Made by a program: the position numbers and the translations under genes. This document shows, piece by piece, positions 30,926-40,063 of a stretch of 64,000 bases of DNA. The notes under the pieces were generated by a model, which made no database searches, was not told the origin of the DNA, and saw only the letters and a list, made by a program, of their open reading frames with translations. The DNA comes from Promethearchaeota archaeon (lineage in GTDB: Archaea > Asgardarchaeota > Lokiarchaeia > Sigyniarchaeales > SOKP01): NCBI GenBank assembly GCA_016839555.1, contig JAEOUA010000010.1, positions 416,001-480,000 of the forward strand, in the 5' to 3' direction. Each line of letters opens with the position of its first letter. Position 1 is the stretch's first letter.

Positions 30926-31726
30926 TCATTTAAATCCTTGTAAAAACGAATCAACATTCTTACCCAGCACATCATGGTTATATCCGCCTTCCATTAGAGC
31001 AAATCTCCGTCCCTTACATAATTTTTCTGAATATTTCTTCATCAATTCTCCTAAATGAGTGTAGTCCTCCGGATATAATAAACCACCCCAATCATCTATT
31101 CCCTGATCGAATCCCGCTGATGCGGCGAAAATATCAATATCTTTAAGATTATTCATATAAGTTTCTACTTCTTCAATATATTGTTGATTAGTAGAGGCAT
31201 CAGGATTCAATATCTCAACTTTAAACCTATCTTTTCGATTTGCAAGAATGTTAATATTTCCATTTCAAGAGATTATATGAAAGATATAATCTTCCCCTGT
31301 GTGCAAATCGAAATCCAATATGAACGCAGATTTGATCTTATTTTCAGAAAATAGTCTTAAGAGACTGATACTCATATTGTTAAAGAAGCAAAACCCCCAA
31401 CAAGAATTGGCAGAGGCATGGTGTCCTGGAGGTCTTATTAAAGCAAATGTTGGATTTCCTTCATATGCCTCTTCAGCAGCCAAGATGGCACCTCCAGCAG
31501 CTAAAGAAGCCATTTCAAATAAGAGATCTCTTCTTTTTATATAATTATAATGACTTTCTGTATGCGCTCTGAGAATATTTTCTTTTGAAGCGGGTTCTGG
31601 AGTAATTATTTCATATTCGGGGTTTTTAGAGAGTACATTCATTATGCTTTGAATCCTTCCGCTTGATGCGGCAGGGTCCATTGCATAGTCAGAAGTATAA
31701 AATTTTTCATGAAAAACAATTTTCAT
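30926..31726 (-). CDS. Histone deacetylase family protein, two exons (31726-31294 and 31263-30926), 256 aa after splicing
   Basis: RPPGHHA, GFCFFNN, DFDLHTG^DG, SAGFD, MEGGY motifs; both track ORFs are in the same frame, separated by a 30-nt insertion. Confidence 0.9.
31264..31293 (-). other. Candidate bulge-helix-bulge intron in an mRNA (30 nt)
   Basis: CA-CAGG-GG^A-AGAUUAUAU-CUUUC-AUAUAAUCU-CUUG-AA^A-UG; removal gives CAC ACA GGG GAT GGA = HTGDG. Confidence 0.82.
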
Positions 31727-31815
31727 CTATAGTCACTAATTTCTTTTATATATGGGTTCTAAAAATATTTTAGGAATTTTCTAATTATTTTTATGGTTAA
31801 TTATAATTTTAAATT

Positions 31816-33039
31816 TTAAAATTTCATGACTTCAATGGGAAAATGTTCCTTTAATTTTTTCAATATCTCATTTATATGGTGTTGGTTTCGAGTTTCAATC
31901 TCTAAAATTACTTCTGCTTGTTTATACTCTAATTCTAATTTTTCTCGTTCATGAATAATTGAAATAATATTTCCTTTTTCTTCCGCAATCACTCTTAAAA
32001 CATTCAATAATGCTCCAGGAACATCTGAAACTTTAGTTTTAAATTTTAATAATCTTCCCGCTTTTATTAAGCCTTTTTTAATAATTCGATTTAAAAGATT
32101 GGGGGTTAAATTTCCACCGGAAATAATAACTGCTACATTTTTATTTGTAATATTCAATTTCTTACTCAATAATGCCGCAAGTCCCGCAGCGCCCGCACCT
32201 TCCACATATATTTTAGACCGCTCTAATAATAATAAAATAGCATTAGCCACTTCTTCATCTGACACTAAGAGAATATCATCTACATATTCTTTAATCATCT
32301 CTAGAGTCATATCTCCTGGTTTTTTCACAGCTATTCCATCGCAAATAGTATCCTTCATTTCTAATGGTTTTAAGTCTTTACCTTTAAAAGCTTCAAACAT
32401 AAAAGGAGCTTTATCAGATTGAACTCCTATTATTTTAATATTTGAATTTAATTTTTTACAATAAGAACTAATTCCACTAATCAATCCCCCTCCTCCTATT
32501 GGACAGAGAATATATTCGATTTCTGGAAATTGTTCTAAAACTTCTAAGCCAATAGTTGCTTGTCCTTTTATAATATTCATGTCATTAAACGCATGAATGA
32601 AGATGAGATCCTCCTCATTTTTGATTTCAAGTGCTTTTTGGTAAGCATCATCATAAGTCATGCCATGTTCTACAACTTTCCCTTTATCATTGTAATTTTT
32701 AATCGCTTCGATTTTAACGATTGGTGAATTTTCAGGAACAACAATTGTAGAATTTATATCAAATAATTTTGCTGCCAAAGCTACCGCTTGTCCGTGATTT
32801 CCCGCAGATGCTGTAATGACTCCCTTTTTTCTCTCCGTTTCTGGGAGGTTTGAAATTTTATTATAGGCCCCTCTTATTTTAAACGATCCTGTTCTCTGAA
32901 AATTTTCTAATTTTAGAAAAACTTGGTTGTTTGTCAATACAGAAAAGGTATGGCTTCTTTCTAATGGGGTATAATGGATAATTCCAGTCAAATTTTTTCT
33001 TATAGTCTCAATTTCTTCAATATAATCCTTTTCACTCAT
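31816..33039 (-). CDS. ilvA: Threonine ammonia-lyase with C-terminal ACT domain
   Basis: KLENFQRTGSFKIRGA PLP motif, SAGNH, PIGGGGL. Confidence 0.93.
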   Translation of the reverse strand: MSEKDYIEEIETIRKNLTGIIHYTPLERSHTFSVLTNNQVFLKLENFQRTGSFKIRGAYNKISNLPETERKKGVITASAGNHGQAVALAAKLFDINSTIVVPENSPIVKIEAIKNYNDKGKVVEHGMTYDDAYQKALEIKNEEDLIFIHAFNDMNIIKGQATIGLEVLEQFPEIEYILCPIGGGGLISGISSYCKKLNSNIKIIGVQSDKAPFMFEAFKGKDLKPLEMKDTICDGIAVKKPGDMTLEMIKEYVDDILLVSDEEVANAILLLLERSKIYVEGAGAAGLAALLSKKLNITNKNVAVIISGGNLTPNLLNRIIKKGLIKAGRLLKFKTKVSDVPGALLNVLRVIAEEKGNIISIIHEREKLELEYKQAEVILEIETRNQHHINEILKKLKEHFPIEVMKF

Positions 33040-33160
33040 CTTTTTTTATCTATTCAAAATATTAGTTTTGAAAACATCTATACAAATTATAATAATAGAA
33101 AGTAAGTAATAAAAAAATAGATTTTAGAGTTTTAATAATTATATTTCGATATGAATAACC

Positions 33161-33745
33161 TTATAGAGGTTTAGCAAGAATCGCTTTTACCCGTAGTTTA
33201 TCAAATTCACTTGTAGGAGCAGGCTTTATCAAGCAAACAGTATCGGCCCCCCTCCCTGTACCTCCTATACATAGAATATCCCTATCAAGGTCGGAAATTA
33301 AACCTCCATCCACCGCCATTGAAGCGATCTCGATACAAACTTTAACACCTTGACTAAATTGTGCACGTAAAAATTGCGCAAGGAGTTCAATAAAGCCCCA
33401 TTGGTTAAAATTCTTTCTTATCCCTCGTTCAATGCCACCCATTGAATGGGTTCCAGTTATTATTTTAAGTCCCTTGCTTTTTAATATTTCTAATTTATCT
33501 TCGGGAAGCTCTTGTCTCTTCTTAGAGCCCATAAAATAATATGAATGGGTAACAGTAATAATATTATAGTTTTCAAGATTGAATAATTCTGCTGCTTTTT
33601 CTGCTGTAGTCCCTGTTGTACTTGCTATAACTATATCGTTTATATTAAATTTATCCGCGTATTCTTTCGCAATCGCTAATGTTTGATCTGTATTATGAGG
33701 GCCTCCTCTCTCAAAATATGTAACTTCACATTTTAAATCTGCCAT
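33161..33745 (-). CDS. Pyruvate kinase C-terminal-like alpha/beta domain protein (conserved archaeal family)
   Basis: YFE..G..NT, VIASTTG.TA, QGVKVCIEI, GGTGRGADT. Confidence 0.8.
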   Translation of the reverse strand: MADLKCEVTYFERGGPHNTDQTLAIAKEYADKFNINDIVIASTTGTTAEKAAELFNLENYNIITVTHSYYFMGSKKRQELPEDKLEILKSKGLKIITGTHSMGGIERGIRKNFNQWGFIELLAQFLRAQFSQGVKVCIEIASMAVDGGLISDLDRDILCIGGTGRGADTVCLIKPAPTSEFDKLRVKAILAKPL

Positions 33746-34057
33746 AAGGAATTCACTAATCTGTTTTATTTTCTTGTGAATAAACTAGTCTTTTGTAATT
33801 AAATAATTTTTATGAGTCCTAAACTTAATTATTTTAAATAATAAAAATAATATTTCAATAGAATTAATTTTGGTGAACAACAAATCCTAAATCTCATAAA
33901 TTTCATCTCTATCATGATTGGGGGTGATTTTCATAGAATATATACTCATCATATCTTAATCTGTGGGAATCTTTAATTTTTAGACCTAAGATATAAATAT
34001 AGTGTTTAAATTCTACTATTAACCAAATATATTATTTAAAAATATTTAATTCGGATT

Positions 34058-34723
34058 ATGAAATATAGGAACAGAAAAGAAGCAGGAGAAAAATTAGCAG
34101 ATGATTTAAAAAAGCATCCAAAATTAATGACCAACTCTGTTATTATGGCAATACCTCGTGGAGGAGTTCCAGTGGCATACGCAATTTCAGAAATAACAAA
34201 AATACCCTTTTATTTAGCTATTACAAAAAAATTATCACATCCTAGTAATCCTGAAGTTGCGATCGGCGCTATAGCGGCTGATGGCTCTTATGAAATTAAT
34301 CAAGGGATGCAATTTTATGGAATAAATAGTAATTTAATTGAAGATATTAAACAAAAAGCAATGGAAAAAGTTAAGAGTAGACTAGATAAATATACCAACG
34401 GACATGAACCTATTGTTTTAGGAAAAAAGGTGATAGTTGTCGATGACGGTATAGCAACTGGATATACAGCATTAGTTACTGGAAAATACGTGAAAAATAA
34501 GGGCGCAAAACACACAGTTCTTGCAATTCCCGTTTGTCCACAAAATAGTATAAACCGAGTCAAAAAAGTTTATGATGAATTAATTTGTCCATTAAAGATA
34601 GATTCTTATGCGTTTGCTGTCAGCGCATATTATGAAGATTTTCATCAAAATACAGATAAAGAATTATACGATTATCTTGAAAAAGCAAAGCGTGAAAAAT
34701 TATTATATAAAGACCTTGATTAG
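34058..34723 (+). CDS. Phosphoribosyltransferase family protein
   Basis: AIPRGGVPV and VVDDGIATG PRPP motif. Confidence 0.9.
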   Translation: MKYRNRKEAGEKLADDLKKHPKLMTNSVIMAIPRGGVPVAYAISEITKIPFYLAITKKLSHPSNPEVAIGAIAADGSYEINQGMQFYGINSNLIEDIKQKAMEKVKSRLDKYTNGHEPIVLGKKVIVVDDGIATGYTALVTGKYVKNKGAKHTVLAIPVCPQNSINRVKKVYDELICPLKIDSYAFAVSAYYEDFHQNTDKELYDYLEKAKREKLLYKDLD

Positions 34724-34741
34724 CTAAAGTTCATAAGTTTC

Positions 34742-35053
34742 TTATATTATCTTAAAATTAATACTCTCTTCTGATAATTGTTTTTTCTTACGAATATCAT
34801 ATTGTATCATCTTTTTTGCAGCTTCAGGGTCCTTCTTTTCTAAATATTTGAGCTGTAATTCTCTAATTGTGGAACTGGAAACTTTATACAGTTCTTCAGC
34901 AACTTTATCAGCAACTTGTTTAGCAACCTCTTCAGACGCCCCGGCAGCCTTACATGCTTCAAAGATTCGTTCCTTTTTGAATTTCTCAATTTTTCCATCT
35001 TTCTTTACAACTTGTAAATCAACCATTTTCTTTTTATTTCCCCTCACAACCAA
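34742..35053 (-). CDS. Standalone ATP-cone domain protein
   Basis: VVKKDGKIEKF...I..AC..AG...SSSTIRE pattern; true start may be the downstream Met. Confidence 0.8.
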   Translation of the reverse strand: MVVRGNKKKMVDLQVVKKDGKIEKFKKERIFEACKAAGASEEVAKQVADKVAEELYKVSSSTIRELQLKYLEKKDPEAAKKMIQYDIRKKKQLSEESINFKII

Positions 35054-35294
35054 AATATAAGAGATTTCAATAAAATTGAAATTTAGTGATAAAAATTTTA
35101 TACTAAATTAATAACCTTTTTGTAATATTTAAATATAATTTTTAAAAATTATATTCTTTAATTTATTAATTCTTCTTGTTCCTTTGAAGGGAATTAATAG
35201 AAAAAAAGAAAATTAAGAAGAGTTAATTTAAACCGATAAGATCCTCTATAAAGAGAGTAAATCCAATTAAGGAGATTATATATCAGTAATAATT

Positions 35295-35582
35295 TTACTC
35301 TTCTGGTGGAGCTAAGACGATTTCTATAGAAGAAACATTGTTAGTTGTACCATCATCACCCTCTAATTTCTCAGTATCTATTCGAATATCTTGATATGTG
35401 GTTCCCTTCAAGAAGCGATTTTTCAAAATTTCACAAACATCGACCGCATGAGAAATTGCTCTACCACGGGCTTTGACCACAACATCTTCACCTTTATTAA
35501 GTATCATCATAGCTGCCATTACGTAATTCATAGTAGGGCGGCGTCCGATATAAACCGCGTTTTCATCCTTATTTTTCGACAT
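35295..35582 (-). CDS. albA: DNA/RNA-binding protein Alba
   Basis: YIGRRPTMNYV, KARGRAISHAVDV, VSSIEIVL. Confidence 0.95.
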   Translation of the reverse strand: MSKNKDENAVYIGRRPTMNYVMAAMMILNKGEDVVVKARGRAISHAVDVCEILKNRFLKGTTYQDIRIDTEKLEGDDGTTNNVSSIEIVLAPPEE

Positions 35583-35840
35583 TTTATTTTTCTCTGTGTT
35601 TTATTTTCTATTCATTTAAAGTTCGGGTATTATATATATAAATAATTCAAATTTTTTTTTATTTTTAATTGATTTTCCAAAAATAAAGTTAAAGTTAAAA
35701 ATTTAATAAAGAGTTCTTTTAAAGAATATGATAAGTCTTTTTATAATAATATTTCTTGAGAAAAACGAGAATAATTCTTTATTTGGAGGTTTTTGAAAGA
35801 TCTTTCCCTTTTTACCTTTGAAGATTTGAAAATACAATAT

Positions 35841-36359
35841 TCAATTAGATTTGTTTTTAGCCTTTTTAGCTAATTCTAAAACTTTTTTAGGAAAAGTTAA
35901 AGTAGGATCTATTTCTAATGCTTTATTACAAGCTTTAATCGCCTTATTGTAATGTTTTTGATTATAATAAGCAGAACCTAAATTTGTTAAAGCATCCGTA
36001 TCTTTTGGATTTAATTCAAGTGCTTTTTGAGCCGCGCTAATTGATTTATCAAATTCATTCATATCAATATAGACAGTGCTTAATTCACTATAAGAGACTG
36101 CTAATTTTGGATTTATTTCTATCGCTCTTGTTAAAGCTTTAATTGCATTAGGGTAATCTTCTAATTCATAGTATATATACCCTAAATTATGCCAAGTAAT
36201 CGCATCTTGGGAGAAAATGTCAAGAACTTTTTTATAGGTTTCTATAGCTTTCGAAAATTGTTTATTCTTATAATATGCATATCCTAAATTAATCCATGCA
36301 TTAATATCTTTAGGATTATTATTTAGGATTTGTTTATAAGCTTTAATTTCATCATTCAT
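35841..36359 (-). CDS. Tetratricopeptide repeat protein
   Basis: Four 34-aa AW.NLG..Y...A...P repeats. Confidence 0.9.
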   Translation of the reverse strand: MNDEIKAYKQILNNNPKDINAWINLGYAYYKNKQFSKAIETYKKVLDIFSQDAITWHNLGYIYYELEDYPNAIKALTRAIEINPKLAVSYSELSTVYIDMNEFDKSISAAQKALELNPKDTDALTNLGSAYYNQKHYNKAIKACNKALEIDPTLTFPKKVLELAKKAKNKSN

Positions 36360-36755
36360 TAGTCATTAAATCAAATTTAAGGGGTTATAAATATATTATT
36401 TATACTATTTTTTGATAAAAAATATTAAATAGAAAGATTATTATACCAAATTCTTCGATTTAATCTGTTTTAATTTTTAATAATGAAAGTTTTAAATAGG
36501 TATCCATCGAATTAAAAAATAAGAAGAATTAAATAAAACTTTAGAACCAAGATCTGATTCTATATTTTATTTAATACTTCTTAAATTCTTTCCAACTTGA
36601 ATTCATTAGGAAGTATAGGATACATTCAAAATTTAGACCGATCTTCCTATGCTTCCTTTCTAACTTTTTATGAAACATTTATTATAAATTTATTGTATAA
36701 CAGAGCATATTATGAGGATTTTATTTTCTTATATGAGTTTGTTTTATTGATCTCT

Positions 36756-37538
36756 TTAAAATAATTTCATAAAAGAGAGAAATCGTGTTAAATCATCAAT
36801 ATTTATAGCTTTTTGGCCATTTTCTGATAATTTTTGCCATATATAAAACATAGTTTCTAAATATTGTCGATATTTTTTTGTTAAATTCTCTCCATAATAA
36901 GAATATTTACCCGTATGAGAGCGAAATAAATCGGCAATATTATTCTTCCAACTTTTGTACGCTTTGGTCTCTGAATCTCCCCAAACCGCTTTTTTTCCAG
37001 AAATTTGTTCAAAAATAAATGATTCTAAATTCATGTCTTGTACGTCTTTTGGATTTATTAGAGCTGCTTTTGAGTCAAATTGTTCAAAAATCTCTATAAT
37101 ACTCGTATAATCTAACTCATCTCCAGTATTACTTAAAAATACCGGATTGCTCGTAGAATCAAGCATAATAATAAAATCAAAACAATCTAAATCCATTTCA
37201 TTTGTGATATCACTCATATATTTCGCGAAAAAAATAATCGCACTTTCATTTTTAGTGAGATATAAATTGTTTTCATAATACTTGTTGAATTGATAAATAG
37301 AAATCGAATTAAATTCTTTAATCTTATCGATATAGCTTATATCCTTTTGATTTTTGATTTCATAGGTTATTACAGATTCTTCTTCATTTTCTTTTTTCTC
37401 ATCGTCTAAAATTATCAAATTATATGGCAAATCTTTTTTTAGCGTTAATTTTATGAAATTCTTAAGAAACACCTTAACATCTTTCCAATTTGATTTCCTT
37501 GTTAGAGCTATAATTTCTTTCGGTAACGATGTGCTCAT
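36756..37538 (-). CDS. Hypothetical protein
   Basis: 260-aa ORF, no recognised motif. Confidence 0.6.
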   Translation of the reverse strand: MSTSLPKEIIALTRKSNWKDVKVFLKNFIKLTLKKDLPYNLIILDDEKKENEEESVITYEIKNQKDISYIDKIKEFNSISIYQFNKYYENNLYLTKNESAIIFFAKYMSDITNEMDLDCFDFIIMLDSTSNPVFLSNTGDELDYTSIIEIFEQFDSKAALINPKDVQDMNLESFIFEQISGKKAVWGDSETKAYKSWKNNIADLFRSHTGKYSYYGENLTKKYRQYLETMFYIWQKLSENGQKAINIDDLTRFLSFMKLF

Positions 37539-37790
37539 ATAAAAAATTAATAGTTTAATACAATTAAAAATCTAAGCATTACTCATTAATGATTTTAATT
37601 CCATATGAATATCATCAAAAAGTAGTATATAATAAAAAAAAGATTTGATGTGAAATTTAAGTCTTAAAGTCTTCTAACTTTAATGATAATTCCACTTCTT
37701 GAGTTAAAATTCCTAGTTCATAAAAAAAGAGGTTAAATTATCTACTAAGGTAAAATTCTTTCTTTACAAACGTATATTTTTGGTTCTTAC

Positions 37791-38057
37791 TTAGTAAAAG
37801 TATCCACCAGATTGAGAACTTCTTCCGGCTTTTTCGATAACTTCTACATTTGCGGCTTGAGGCCCTTTTTCGCCATCAACGACTTCAAATTTTACTTTGT
37901 CGCCTTCATAGAGGGTTTTAAACTCATCATCTTTACCTTCTATGGCACTATAATGAACAAAGATATCATTTTCTTTGGATTCTTTGTCCTCAGTACCCTC
38001 AGGCATGATAAAGCCATAGCCTTTACGATTGTTAAACCACTTTATAGTTCCTTCCAT
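37791..38057 (-). CDS. Cold-shock domain protein
   Basis: GTIKWFN..KGYGFI (RNP1), DIFVHYS (RNP2), KGPQAANV. Confidence 0.95.
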   Translation of the reverse strand: MEGTIKWFNNRKGYGFIMPEGTEDKESKENDIFVHYSAIEGKDDEFKTLYEGDKVKFEVVDGEKGPQAANVEVIEKAGRSSQSGGYFY

Positions 38058-38221
38058 CTTACTAAAACCTAACTTACTTCTGACTTTTTATTTCTTATTT
38101 TGTATGTAATTCATATAATTTTTTGCCATATCCAAAATTAACAACACATTTCTTCAACGGCATTTAATATAGTCAATAAGAATTATTAAACTTTATTCAT
38201 TTAATTATGAAAAATCAAATC

Positions 38222-38241
38222 TACTCGACACAAATCGAGTA
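38222..38241. promoter_or_regulatory. Palindrome TACTCGA-N6-TCGAGTA upstream of the cold-shock gene
   Basis: Perfect 7-bp arms, GC-rich for this intergenic DNA. Confidence 0.4.
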
Positions 38242-38354
38242 AAGACCAACTCTCATTAGAAAAAAATTGGAAATATTCAATTTTGAGTTTGATATGATAT
38301 TATAAGAAGTAAAAAAGAAATTTTATGTAAAAATAAAGCATAACAATATCTTTA

Positions 38355-39089
38355 TTATTTTAATAGTTTCTGTTTAATTTTTGGAGGCATAATAAACCCA
38401 AGATAATATAAAAAAGCACTAATAATCAATAATATTCTGGTAATTGGCAAAGTTATAAGGTTTAAGGGGATGGAGGTATCTAACATAGCTCCTATAACCC
38501 ATGAGATCACGGCGATCATTAAAAATTTACCTTTTAATTTAACTATTCTATCGTCTGTCATTATAGAAATTCGTGCAAAAACCATTCCTGTTATCAACAC
38601 AGTTAAAATAATAAGAAGGAGATATCCCAAAATAAATGTTTTATACTCTATATCAATATGGACCATCACATTCTCAGCACTAAACACACCGATTAATGAG
38701 GGATTTACGAATAGAAGAATAAAAAATATAATCTCAAATAAGATTCCAATAATAATATAGATTAAAAGAATTTGCTTTTGGTTTTTAGGACTTATCAAAT
38801 CAGTAAACCCAACTAGCCAACATAAGATACTTATAGGGACAAAAATATTTCCAATTATAACATAAATTTCAAGAGATAATCCTTCTCCAAGGATGATATT
38901 CCATAAAAAACTAAGCCCACTAGGGATCCATGGTTCACTTATTCCAATCAAAGCCAATCCGATAAAAAGGAAAGTCCGCTCTTTTAATTTAATATAATTT
39001 AAAATAATGATTAATCCAATTACTATTGTTATACTAACATATATTAAACTGGATATTCCATTAACATAATCAATTGGTTTTAGTGTCAT
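38355..39089 (-). CDS. ~7TM membrane protein, tandem paralog A
   Basis: Hydrophobic; highly similar to the adjacent gene (SEPWIPS, VMVHIDIEYKTF). Confidence 0.75.
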   Translation of the reverse strand: MTLKPIDYVNGISSLIYVSITIVIGLIIILNYIKLKERTFLFIGLALIGISEPWIPSGLSFLWNIILGEGLSLEIYVIIGNIFVPISILCWLVGFTDLISPKNQKQILLIYIIIGILFEIIFFILLFVNPSLIGVFSAENVMVHIDIEYKTFILGYLLLIILTVLITGMVFARISIMTDDRIVKLKGKFLMIAVISWVIGAMLDTSIPLNLITLPITRILLIISAFLYYLGFIMPPKIKQKLLK

Positions 39090-39209
39090 ATTTACTTTAT
39101 ATATTAATAATAAAATTATAATTTTTATTATTATCTCATAATTTTAAATTTCTTAATATTAAATAAACTATTCTGATTTTGGAAAAAAAAAGAGATTAAA
39201 AAGATTTTA

Positions 39210-39944
39210 TTATTTTAACAGCATCTTTTTAATTCTTGGAGGCATAATAAAAGCCAAATAATATAAAAACGCACTCAAAGCTAATAATATTCTTGTTAAT
39301 GGTAGTGTTATGATATTTAGGGGAATAGCAGTATCTAATAGAGCCCCTACACTCCATATTATAGGCGCCCCCAATAAAAATATTCCTTTTAATTTAATTT
39401 CTGGATCTGAGGTCTTTAAAGATTTTCGACCAAATATGATTCCTGTTATCAAAATGGTCAAAACCACAAATAAAAGATAGCCAAGAAGAAATGTTTTATA
39501 TTCAATATCTATATGGACCATCACACTTTCAGCACTAAACACACCGATTAATGAGGGATTTACGATAAGGAGACTCAAAAATACTACTTCGAATGCTAAT
39601 CCAACAATGATATATATTGTTCTAATTACATTAGTTTTTTCTGGATAAACCAAATTGGTAAAACCAATTAACCAGAATAAAAGAGTAAGAGGAATAAAAA
39701 CATTTCCAATTATAACATAGCTCTCAAAAGATATTCCTGCCCCTGTTATTAAATTCCATATGAAACTTAGGCTACTAGGGATCCATGGTTCACTTAATCC
39801 CATAATACCAATTCCGATAAATAGAAAATTCTTATCTTTTAACTTAAAATACTTTAAAAGAATTACTAATCCAACTATGATGGTGATAAAACCGTATATT
39901 AAACTGGAAATTCCATTTACAAAATCAATTGGTTTTAAAGTTAT
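39210..39944 (-). CDS. ~7TM membrane protein, tandem paralog B, apparent ATA start
   Basis: Frame extends to ATA ACT TTA AAA CCA ATT GAT (paralog starts MTLKPID); same 735-nt length; GAGGTG Shine-Dalgarno upstream. Confidence 0.75.
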   Translation of the reverse strand: MTLKPIDFVNGISSLIYGFITIIVGLVILLKYFKLKDKNFLFIGIGIMGLSEPWIPSSLSFIWNLITGAGISFESYVIIGNVFIPLTLLFWLIGFTNLVYPEKTNVIRTIYIIVGLAFEVVFLSLLIVNPSLIGVFSAESVMVHIDIEYKTFLLGYLLFVVLTILITGIIFGRKSLKTSDPEIKLKGIFLLGAPIIWSVGALLDTAIPLNIITLPLTRILLALSAFLYYLAFIMPPRIKKMLLK

Positions 39945-40063
39945 TTAAAATACACCTCGTCATTAGATACTATTAAATCTATAGTCTATTTAATATATTT
40001 AAATCTTAACTTATCTAAGTCAAGAAAAAATTACCAATCTTTTAAGAAATAGAAAAAGAAAAA

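Noticed and set aside
31265-31267. HDAC in-frame TGA as selenocysteine
   Set aside because: Read-through would leave a 10-residue insertion inside the metal-binding motif at a non-Cys position, and I saw no SECIS-like element downstream; the BHB intron explains the sequence exactly
33870-33990. Possible C/D box sRNA on the minus strand (ATGATGA present)
   Set aside because: No convincing CTGA D box or terminal stem
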